Origin: Octopus sinensis
Taxonomy: Eukaryota
Reading direction: 5' to 3'
DNA length: 18,930 nucleotides
Assembly: GCF_006345805.1 (NCBI RefSeq)
Contig: NW_021824331.1
Span: 1 to 18,930 of the forward strand
In this document: piece by piece, positions 1 through 8,537 of the stretch
Layout of the letters: every line of letters begins with the position of its first letter
Numbering within the stretch: the stretch's first letter is position 1
Made by a program: the position numbers and the translations under genes
Notes under the pieces: generated by a model
The model's database searches: none
What the model was told of the DNA's origin: nothing
Seen by the model: the letters and a program-made list of their open reading frames with translations, nothing else

Positions 1-427
1 GAATTAAAATTTGTGATGCTTCGTACTTTTCCGAAGTCAATGTCAGGAATTGAAACCGGTTAGTAGGATTACCATTCTAACCGTCTTGCCCTTTGCTCCA
101 CGTCCGCTTATGACTTGAAGATATCCTAGTCACGTTCACGTGGATTTAAGTGTTAATGCCGCCAGCTTCTCACAGCACCAATCAACAAGATTGGTTAAAT
201 CTCTTGAGCTGAAAGTTCAAGACAAATAATTTTGTTTAACAAATCCCTAAGATTAGTCATAAGATCTGGGATCATATGTCTCATGTTGTAAAGCTCTTGG
301 ACAACACTAATCAAATGAAACGAGATGATACTAACATACGTTAGTCGTTCGTGGGAGATCAAGCAAGTGTTTCACCGTTTTACCACAATCGAGGGATTTG
401 ATTTGCAAACCTTCAATGGAGTTAATA

Positions 428-482
428 TGGCCAAATGGTTAGCATATTTGATAGCGAACTGAGAGCTTGGAGGTTCGGATTC
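428..482 (+). mobile_element. Degenerate tRNA-like SINE head (Pol III A and B boxes)
   Basis: A-box-like TGGCCAAATGG at 428 and B-box-like GGTTCGGATTC at 472, at tRNA-like spacing. No complete cloverleaf or recognisable body follows. Confidence 0.35.
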
Positions 483-497
483 AGTTTAGGAGTTTTC

Positions 498-587
498 GTT
501 GTTGTTGTTATTGTTCTTGTTACTATTATTTCTTCTTCTTCTTCTTCTTCTTCTTCTTCTTTTCTTCTTCTTCTTCTTCTTCTTCTT
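498..587. repeat. (GTT)n/(CTT)n microsatellite
   Basis: Imperfect GTT run followed by a near-perfect CTT run at 531-587. Confidence 0.95.
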
Positions 588-589
588 GA

Positions 590-686
590 ACACTGGTGGC
601 GGAGTCATCGTAATCGACTTATTCACTCCCGTCAAATTACTGGCCTTGTGCAAAATTTTCAAATCATTTTATTATTATTATTATTA

Positions 687-720
<34 letters not shown>
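590..720 (+). mobile_element. SINE family 3, 3' fragment with (ATT)n tail
   Basis: CACTGG..GTAATCGACTT..AAATTACTGGCCTTGTGCAAAATTT followed by (ATT)n. It aligns by eye to the tail of the copy at 2301-2455. Confidence 0.7.
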
Positions 721-721
<1 letters not shown>

Positions 722-809
722 TCTTTTTCCCCCTTCTTTCTACAAATTTTCTTCCGTTTCTCGCCGAGTGTTTTCCGTACACCTAGGGCAGACTTTACAC
801 CTAGGACAG

Positions 810-880
810 ATTATTATTATTATTATCATTATTATTATTATTATTATTATTATTTTATTATTATATTATTATCATTATTA

Positions 881-918
<38 letters not shown>

Positions 919-952
919 CATTATTATTATTATTTATTATTATTTTATTATT

Positions 953-983
<31 letters not shown>

Positions 984-1049
984 TATTATTATTATTATTA
1001 ATTATTATTATTATTATTATTATTATCATTATTATTATTATTATTATTA
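810..1049. repeat. (ATT)n microsatellite
   Basis: About 240 bp imperfect ATT run. Confidence 0.97.
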
Positions 1050-1955
1050 GGTACAGGAGGTACAACGTACTATGTTTGCAGGAAGAAGGCACACGGTAGG
1101 ATTTTCAAAGAAAGAAGATACAATATACCATCTTCACAAGAAGAATGTACCAGGTACCATTTTCGCAGAGGAAGGTACAAAGCACCATGTTTTGAGGAAG
1201 GAGACACAAAGTACTATTTCCTCAGGAATGAAGGATAAGGTACCATCTTTACAAGATGAAGAGAAAGGTACTGTCTTTACAAGAATGAGGTACATCGTAC
1301 TATCGTCGCAGGAAAGATGTAAAAGGTACTATTGTTGCTGGAATAAAGCACAAGGTACCTTCTTCGTAAGAATGAGGCACAAGGTACCGCCTTCGCAGAT
1401 AGAAGGCACCAAATACATTACCGCAGGAAGGAGGAACAAAGGTATCATTTTCGCTGGAAGGCGGTACAAGGCACCATCTGCCCAGGAAAGAGGTACAAAG
1501 TACCATTTTCGCTGGAAGGCGGTACAAGGTACCATCTGCCCAGGAAGGAGGTACGAGGTACCAATTGTCCAGCATAAAGTCATCAGGTACCACCTGCCCA
1601 GGATGAGATACCAGGTACCATCTCTCCAGGAAGAAAGCACCAGGTACCATATGTCCAGGAAGGAGGTACCAGATACCATTTGCCCAGGAAGAAGGTACCA
1701 GGTACCCTCTGCCCAGGAAGAAGTGAACAAGTACTATCTATCCAGGAAGAAGGCACCAGGTACCATTTGCCCAAGAAAGAGGTGCCAGGTATCATCTGAC
1801 CAGGAAGAGGGCACCAGATACCATATTCACTTGCAGAAGGCACATGGTACCATTTTCCCAAGAAGGACGTAGAATGTACCTTGTTCACTGGAAGGAAGCA
1901 CCAGGTGCCATTTTTATAGGTAGGAGGTAAAATGACCATCTCCACATAAAAGAGG
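1050..1955. repeat. Diverged 29-bp minisatellite, ~31 units, consensus ~CAGGTACCATTTGCCCAGGAAGAAGGTAC
   Basis: The GGTACC-like anchor recurs at 1066, 1095, 1124, 1153, 1181 ... 1875, 1904. Spacing is 29 bp except for three 28-bp units (starting 1153, 1239, 1586). A 58-bp dimer is duplicated at ~1446-1496 and ~1504-1554. Confidence 0.93.
1072..1872 (+). other. 266-aa repeat-derived ORF across the 29-bp array; coding status unproven
   Basis: The frame is open from 1051 (after TAG 1048-1050) to TAG 1870-1872. A 29-aa periodicity (3 x 29 nt) is visible, e.g. GTICPGRRYQVPSAQEE. No known domain is recognised. Confidence 0.2.
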
Positions 1956-1962
1956 TATAAAT

Positions 1963-2060
1963 GAGTCTATCGAATCTATAGGTACTTATTTCATTAATAT
2001 GGGTGGAAAGATGAAGAATAATTATGCCAACTTCAGTGAAATTTGAACTCAGAATGTAAC
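1963..2060 (-). mobile_element. Highly degenerate SINE family 3 fragment
   Basis: GGTACTTATTTCAT...GATGAAG...AATTTGAACTCAGAA resembles GGTACTTATTTAAT...GATGAAAGG...AATTTGAACTCAGAA at 6532-6599. Confidence 0.5.
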
Positions 2061-2300
2061 CAAAATATTTAGCCCAGGTATAGCGATTTCAAACTGCTAC
2101 CCAACAATTCACGTTACTTCCGGTAACTTGAAACCAGGGCTTAGATTATTATTTGCAGGTAGGATGATGAAAATACCTGTGGGAGGTAGCTTGAAAGATA
2201 ACGTCAGCTAACCCCATACGGCTTCAGAATTATCCCTTCACCACCCCCCACACACACTCACACACCACACAAACACACACAGTCATCTCGTTTGTCTTAA

Positions 2301-2455
2301 GTTCTGAGCTCAAAATCCGCCGAGGTTGACTTTACCTTTCATTCTGTCGGGGTCGATGAAATAAATACCAGTTGTGCACTGGGGTTGATGTAATCGACTC
2401 ATCCCCTCCCCCAAAATTGCTGGCCTTGTGCCCAAATTTAAAACTAATATTATTT
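2301..2455 (+). mobile_element. SINE family 3 (Meta/MESC-domain-like), 5'-truncated copy
   Basis: B-box-like GAGCTCAAAATCC, central GAGGTTGACTTTACCTTTCATTCTGTCGGGGTCGATGAAATAAATACCAG (resembles the MetaSINE central domain as I recall it), and tail GGCCTTGTGCCCAAATTTAAAACTAATATTATT. Confidence 0.8.
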
Positions 2456-2588
2456 AAGGCAGCGAGCTGGCAGAATAGTTAGCACGCCGGACAGCGGCGC
2501 TTCGTCCGTCGCTACGTTCTGAGTTCAAATTCTGCCTAAGTCGACTTTGCCGCTCATCGTCTCGGGTTCGATAAAACAAGTACAAGTC
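2456..2588 (+). mobile_element. SINE family 3, head plus central domain, 3'-truncated, tandem behind the previous copy
   Basis: Head AAGGCAGCGAGCTGGCAGAATAGTTAGCACGCCGG, B box GAGTTCAAATTC, then GTCGACTTTGCC..GGTTCGATAAAACAAGTAC. It matches the reverse complement of 6530-6669. Confidence 0.85.
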
Positions 2589-2744
2589 ATGCCTTTATTA
2601 CCTAACATTGTGATGACGTAAGAGAAAAACGGAAAGAGATATCATTGAAGCTACATCAGGACGATTTGAAACTACATCGGCTTTGTTCAGAGCCTACCTC
2701 GACAGCTGAAAGGTGTGTGGGGGAGTGGGTATATGCTACGAGAG

Positions 2745-3180
2745 GAGAATTAGGGAGAGAAGAGAAGAGAAGAGAAGATGCAGAAGCTGGAAGAAGAAGA
2801 AGAAGAAGAAGAAGAAGAAGAAAGAAGAGAAGAAGAAGAAGAAGAAGAAGAAGAAAATGATGATGATGATGATGATGATGGTGATGAAAAAGAAGTAGAT
2901 AAAACAGAAAGTAAAGAATAAAATGGTGAAGAAAATGAAGAAAAAAGCGAAGATGAAGTCGAAGAAGACGAAGAAGAAGAAGACGAAGAAGAAGAAGAAG
3001 AAGAAGAAGAAGAAGAAGAGAAGAAGAAGAGAAGAAGAAGAAGAAGAAGAAGAAGAAGAAGAAGAAGAAGAAGAAAGCGAAGAAGGACAAGAAGGAAAGG
3101 AAGAAGAAAATGGAGAAGTCAAAGAAACCAAAGAAGGAGAAAATGAAAAAAAAAACTACGAACGAAGAAGAAAATAAAAG
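2745..3180. repeat. (GAA)n/(GAT)n purine-rich compound microsatellite
   Basis: Long GAA runs with GAT, GAC and GAAA interruptions. It explains the poly-K/E/R and poly-F/S/L ORFs. Confidence 0.97.
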
Positions 3181-3444
3181 AAGTTACAAGAAACCAGCTA
3201 ACCATCGCCATTTCTTCATCATTAGTTTTCGTATAGTCTTTTGATAAATGTGGCGAAACAGAGAGCAGGTTTCGGCGGCACCGCTTATATTCTTTCCTGC
3301 TTGTAGGAACAACTAAAGTATCTATTATTACCATTAAGAACTTCGAAGTGATCATGACCCGTGAGCAGGAGAGGCCATCTTACTTGTTCTTCCATTCGGC
3401 CATTGCGACATTTAAAATGGCTGCTGTTTAAGTCTAGTAACGAT

Positions 3445-3870
3445 ACAAAGATAGATGGATAGATAGATATATAGAGATATAGAGAGGGGGAGAGGGAGAG
3501 AGAGAAATGGATAAAAAGCAGACGATTGAAATTTGAAAGCATCAATTTTTTTTTCATGTATTTTATTTTATTTCTCCATTTTTATTTTTATTTTATTTTA
3601 TTCTATTTTATTCTATTTTATTCTATTTTATTTTACAACAAGAAATAATATTCTCAACGATTTAAACAATGAAGGCAAAATGTGAAGTGAACCGCTGAAA
3701 TCTTTTCTTCTAAGATGTTTAATTCTTTAAAGTAAACAAACAAACAAAATAATAGATAAATAAATGAATGACTGCTACTACTAAAAATAATAATTATAAT
3801 AAAAATAATAATAATAATAATGATAGCCACATTAAAAAAAATAAAATAAAATAATGAATAAATAAATAAA
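3445..3870. repeat. Compound low-complexity region: (GATA)n, (GA)n, (TTTTA)n/(TTCTATTTTA)n, (AAT)n
   Basis: The runs are directly visible. Confidence 0.85.
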
Positions 3871-4244
3871 GGCTGAAATAATAACAAAACGAATCATTAA
3901 AAGTAATTCATGGAGTCTGATTACTTTAAGAAATCTAAAAGTTAAAAAATAAGAATAAAAGGCGAACTGCAGCAGCAATGATGATGATGATGATGATGAT
4001 GAGGATGATGATGATGACGATAAAACCTATGAATAGATAAAGGTTCCTTGGAGTTTTGATAAAGAAGAGAAAAATCAAAAGATATTACAAACAAACAAAA
4101 AAAAAATAGATGGAAAATGGAAAATAAAATATTATAGAAAAAAATGATAAAAATTGTAAAACGGAGAAAAAACGTAAAATAAAAATATAAAAAAAAAGAA
4201 AATCAAATGAAAAGAACGATGTAAAGATAAAAGTAAACTTTAAA

Positions 4245-4735
4245 ACACACACACATACACACATTCATGCATACACATACACATACAAGCATGCACACAC
4301 ATACACACACGCACACGCAATCTCTGTCTTTTCTTTTTTACCGTTTCTCAGTGTCATTCTGTTTCTATGTTTATTAGTCTGTATGTGTGTGTGTGCGTGT
4401 GTATGTGTGTGTGTATGTGCGTGTGTACATGTGCATGTATGTGTCTGTGTGCGTGTATATGTGTGCGTGTCTGCGTGTGTTTCCTTTCTGTCTCTATCTC
4501 TCTGCCTGTTTGCCTGTCTGTCTGCCTGTTTGCCTGTCTGTCTGCCTGTTTGCCTGTCTGTCTGTCTGTCTATCTGTCTGTCTATAGCTCTCTCTCTCTC
4601 TCTCTCTCATTTTCTGTCTCTCTAAATGTCTCTAATTATGTCTTCATTTCTCTGTCTGTTAGTCTCCCTGTCAATATCCCCCCCCCTCTCTCTACCCCTT
4701 TACTCTCCCTCTCCTTCCCTCTTTCTCTCTCCAAT
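4245..4735. repeat. (CA)n, (GT)n, 20-bp unit CTGCCTGTTTGCCTGTCTGT x3 (4502-4561), (CT)n
   Basis: The runs are directly visible and explain the VCVC/LSLS ORFs. Confidence 0.92.
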
Positions 4736-4887
4736 GGAGAGCGTGATGATGCACGTGGGATGTTTGACAGCTTAAAGTTTCGCAAATAATGCGAAAAGTT
4801 GCGAAATCTTTTGATAACTTTATTACATAAAGATCTTACGTACAAATATTACAAACAGACCCGACTCTATGTATGATGTGTTTTTGG

Positions 4888-5116
4888 TCTTTTACTTGTT
4901 TCAGTGATTTGACTGCGGCCAAGCTGGAGCACATCTTTTAGTCGAGCAGGACTTATTCTTTGAAAGCCTAGTCACCTTTTCTATCGGTCTCTTAAAGCGA
5001 ACCGCAAAGTTACGGAGTCGTAAGCACACCAACATCGGGTGTCAAGCGATGGTTGGGGCACAAAGATAGACACAAACACACATACACACGTACATATATA
5101 TATTATATATATATAA
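4888..5116 (-). mobile_element. SINE family 1, 3' half only (diverged)
   Basis: TTTTACTTGTTTCAGTGATTTGACTGCGGCCAAGCTGGAGCAC...CTATCGGTCTCTT..GAACCGC..GTCAAGCGATGG is the reverse complement of the tail of the 5119-5532 copy. It ends in the internal CA/TA microsatellite and no head is found. Confidence 0.88.
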
Positions 5117-5118
5117 TA

Positions 5119-5303
5119 GGCGCAGGAGTGGCTGTGTGGTAAGTAGCTTGCTTACCAACCACATGGTTCCGGGTTCAGTCCCACTGCGTGGCAACTTGGG
5201 CAAGTGTCTTCTGCTATAGCCCCGGGCCGACCAATGCCTTGTGAGTGGATTTGGTAGACGGAAACTGAAAGAAGCCTGTCGTATATATGTATATATAATA
5301 TAT

Positions 5304-5337
<34 letters not shown>

Positions 5338-5531
5338 AGTGTGTGTGTATATGTTTGTGTGTCTGTGTTTGTCCCCCTAGCATTGCTTGACAACCGATGC
5401 TGGTGTGTTTACGTCCCCGTCACTTAGCGGTTCGGCAAAAGAGACCGATAGAATAAGTACTAAAGGCGGTGCTCCAGCATGGCCGCAGTCAAAATGACTG
5501 AAACAAGTAAAAGAGTAAAAGAGTAAAAGAG

Positions 5532-5532
<1 letters not shown>
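5119..5532 (+). mobile_element. SINE family 1 (tRNA-derived, CORE-like), near full length
   Basis: A box TGGCTGTGTGG (5129), B box GGTTCAGTCCC (5172), CORE-like ACTTGGGCAAGTGTCTT, internal (TA)n(TG)n, and a tail ending GACTGAAACAAGTAAAAGAGT with (AAAAGAGT)n repeats. It lacks ~42 nt present in the 15295-15722 copy. Octopus tRNA-derived SINEs (OK/OR1/OR2) are known, but I cannot assign the exact family name. Confidence 0.92.
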
Positions 5533-5562
<30 letters not shown>

Positions 5563-5563
<1 letters not shown>

Positions 5564-5823
5564 GAGGCGCAAGGACCCAGTGGTTAGAGCAGCGGACTCG
5601 CGGGCGTTGTGATTGCTTATTGAGCGAAAACACCTAAAGCTCCACGATGCTCCAGCAGGGAGTGATGGCGATCCCTGCTGTACTCTTTTGCCACAACTTT
5701 CTCTCACTCTTTCTTCGCTTAGCCAGCGGCGTGGCATCATTTGAAGGCTAAAACAATGCGAAGCGCATTGTGACCAGCGATGTGTAGCAACATCTGATAG
5801 TCTGGTCGATCACGGTGATCACG

Positions 5824-5828
<5 letters not shown>
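5563..5828 (+). mobile_element. SINE family 2 (tRNA-Arg-like head), tail type A, B box deleted
   Basis: Head GGAGGCGCAAGGACCCAGTGGTTAGAGCAGCGGACTCGCGG and body match 14159-14340. A 32-nt segment including the B box is missing. The tail ends in (CACGGTGAT)x2. Confidence 0.9.
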
Positions 5829-5864
<36 letters not shown>

Positions 5865-5875
5865 TACACACACAC

Positions 5876-5908
<33 letters not shown>

Positions 5909-5995
5909 CATAAATATACATATATATACATACACGCAAATACACATATATACAAATTCCTATACATGTATAGGCACACACACATGCGCACAAAC
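5829..5995. repeat. (TA)n/(CA)n microsatellite
   Basis: The runs are directly visible. Confidence 0.95.
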
Positions 5996-6106
5996 AAACA
6001 AAAGGGAACGCAGTGTAAATGACGGACAGAGTCAAAACTATTGAAAAGGTTGCAAGATGCAACGAAAATTTTAGGAGAATAAAAATAGGGAAAAAGTGGA
6101 AATTTT

Positions 6107-6267
6107 ATATCGACCCCAGTATTCAACTGGTACTAATTTTGTTGATGCCGAAAGGATAAAAGGCAAAGTCAACCTCAGCGGAATTTGATCTCAGAAACGT
6201 AAGGACGGACGAAATACGAATAAGTATTTTGACCGGCGTGCTAACGATTCAGCCAGCTCGCTGTCTT
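6107..6267 (-). mobile_element. SINE family 3, head plus central domain, tail missing
   Basis: The reverse complement reads AAGACAGCGAGCTGGCTGAATCGTTAGCACGCCGG...GAGATCAAATTCCGCTGAGGTTGACTTTGCCTTTTATCCTTTCGGC..GTACCAG. Confidence 0.88.
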
Positions 6268-6433
6268 AACCTTTCTACTGGAGGTTCAAGGCCTCAAATT
6301 TCTGGGGAGGGTACTAGTCGATTTTATCGACCCTAGTGTTTTACTGGTACTTAAGTTATCGATCCCTAAAGAATAAAAAGCAAAGTCGATTTCGGCGGAA
6401 TTTGAACTCAGAAACGTAAGGACGGACGAAAAA
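6268..6433 (-). mobile_element. SINE family 3, lacking A box, with GGCCTTG..GTAGAAAGG tail
   Basis: The reverse complement reads TTTCGTCCGTCCTTACGTTTCTGAGTTCAAATTCCGCCGAAATCGACTTTGC...GTCGATAAAATCGACTAGTACCCTCCCCAGAAATTTGAGGCCTTGAACCTCCAGTAGAAAGG. Confidence 0.85.
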
Positions 6434-6669
6434 CCCATTTCTTTACTACCCACAAGGGGCTAAACACAGGGAAGACAGACAAGGACAGACAACCGGATTA
6501 AGTCGATTACATCGACCCCCAGTGCGTAACTGGTACTTATTTAATCGACCCCGAAAGGATGAAAGGCAAAGTCGACCTCGGCAGAATTTGAACTCAGAAC
6601 ATAGCGGCAGACGAAATACCGCTAAGCATTTCGCCCGGCACGCTAACGATTCTGCCAGCTCGCCGTCTT
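6434..6669 (-). mobile_element. SINE family 3, full length with an alternative tail
   Basis: Clean head AAGACGGCGAGCTGGCAGAATCGTTAGCGTGCCGGGCG, B box GAGTTCAAATTC and central domain. The tail AATCCGGTTGTCTGTCCTTG..TTTAGCCCCTTGTGGGTAGTAAAGAAAT is unlike that of the other copies. Confidence 0.92.
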
Positions 6670-7244
6670 TTATTTCTGAGAGCTATCGTATTGGACCTCT
6701 GTCTAATCTGGCGTGCTAAACTTTGTTCTAATGAAAAGACATGACAAAGTTCTCATCCACATAATTCTTCTTCCTTTTTCAAGTTCTGGACAAATTCCAA
6801 AAGTTTAAGAACCTGTTCACCAGATTTTCTAAGAGAAATTTCCTTAAGTTACAGCAGGTCACCGTACATTCCAGAAAAGAGGAGCCTTATTTTTTCCCTT
6901 TCATCCATTCAACGCCACAGATGCTAGAAACCATCCACCTGCTTTCTGTCTACAATACAACCACCGGAAGTACATGAAAGAGTTAACATATGTAAGACTT
7001 AGTGTTAATTACTTGCTGGGTTTATTGTCTTAACTTTGTCAAATGGGTTAAATACCGAACAAACGGTTAAAAAACAAAACAATACAATCAATGACTGATG
7101 TCGGATTATTTGTCATCCATCGATGAATAATAGAGATAACTCCGTAGATTTGATGCCTTAACTTAAGCTCTCGTGTTTCGTTTCTTCGACGCGATATTTC
7201 TCCAAATTGTTTATTAATCTCCAGATGACGTCAGTGTTAACAGC

Positions 7245-7697
7245 AGCAGCAGGGACAGCAGCAGCAACGATGACGAAGACGACGAGGACAAGAGCAATAA
7301 CAAGTAAAACAACAACGACAACAATGACAAGAACAACAGTAAGAGAGGCAATAGTAAAAACAACAAGAACAAGAACAGAAACAACAATAGCAACAACGAC
7401 ACCACCACCACCACCACCACTACTACCAACAACAACAACAACAACAATAACAACAACAACGACACCACCACCAAAAACAACAACAACCGAAACTAGATCA
7501 ATAACAACAACAACAACAACAACGAGACCACCACTACCACCACCACCAACAACAACAGCAACAATAACAATAGCAACAACAAGGACACCACCGCCACCGA
7601 CAACAACAACCGACACCACCACAATAGCAACAACAACACCACTACCACCACCACCAACAACAGAATCAATAACAAAACCAACAACAACAACGACACC

Positions 7698-7729
<32 letters not shown>

Positions 7730-7825
7730 CAGTAATAACATGAACAACACAAGAGTAACACTGAACGACAAAAGCAACAACAACTACATCGGCAACAACA
7801 ACAACAACGGTAACAGCGAGAGCGA
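7245..7825. repeat. (ACA)n/(ACC)n compound microsatellite
   Basis: Interleaved ACA/ACC/GCA triplets give the Thr/Pro-rich ORF 7207-7743. Confidence 0.92.
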
Positions 7826-8084
7826 CACTAGACTTACAGCGACCTCTACCTTACTCTATCCCCCCCCCAACTTATTAGCTCCCCCTTGTTTCAATTTCAC
7901 CCGGTGAGATTCCTTCCTTATTCCCAGTCACGTGGATTAATACAGACAAGAAAAGTGGATTCGAGACGAGGAATTCTTTCGTCTAAATTACCAAAACAAC
8001 AAGAAAAAAACAAAAACAATAAGGAAGAAAAAGAACTTACAAATAAATCCAGAACCATTCAAAGACAGATTAACATCACCATCA

Positions 8085-8102
8085 TACAACCACCATTACC
8101 AT

Positions 8103-8184
<82 letters not shown>

Positions 8185-8405
8185 ACGACGACGACGACGA
8201 CCACCACCACCACCACCACCACCACCACCAACACCACCAACACCACCACCACACCACCACCACCACCACCACCACCACCACCACCACCACCACTACCACC
8301 ACCACCACCACCACAACCACCACCACCACCATCACCACCACCACCACCATCAAGAACTCCCCCTCCAACACAGCATTACCACCACCATCACTACCATCAC
8401 TCCAA
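8085..8405. repeat. (CTA)n-(CGACTA)n-(CGA)n-(CCA)n compound microsatellite
   Basis: The blocks are directly visible. Confidence 0.95.
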
Positions 8406-8537
8406 TCTGAGAATGTTCTTCGTAACCATTCCTCGTGATTATTTCAGTGTATCCATTAAGGAATTACACGTTTGAAAGGATTTCAAAAAAAAAAAAGAAA
8501 ATTCTTTTGAATCTCGAATGAATATTATCTTGGCCTT

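Noticed and set aside
25-95. Possible very old minus-strand SINE head (GGCAAGACGGTTAG..GGTTTCAATTCC)
   Set aside because: Too short and too diverged to distinguish from chance.
1050-1955. CRISPR-like appearance of regularly spaced ~29-bp motifs
   Set aside because: The units are contiguous with no unique spacers, there are no cas genes, and the context is eukaryotic.
3385-3424. SSHFKCRNGR resembling an LDL-receptor class A repeat
   Set aside because: The following Cys and the acidic DCxDGSDE motif are absent.
6784-6857. Second candidate exon (LDKFQKFKNLFTRFSKRNFLKLQQ)
   Set aside because: The acceptor is AAG, the donor GTCACC is weak, and no phase joins it to 6921-6991 without a stop.
7226-7233. 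Perfect CRE palindrome TGACGTCA
   Set aside because: A single 8-mer in 19 kb is unremarkable without promoter evidence.
7207-7743. Mucin-like Thr/Pro ORF preceded by an acceptor-like CTCCAG
   Set aside because: It is built almost entirely from ACA/ACC codons with no Cys, signal peptide or flanking domain, and the opposite strand is equally open.
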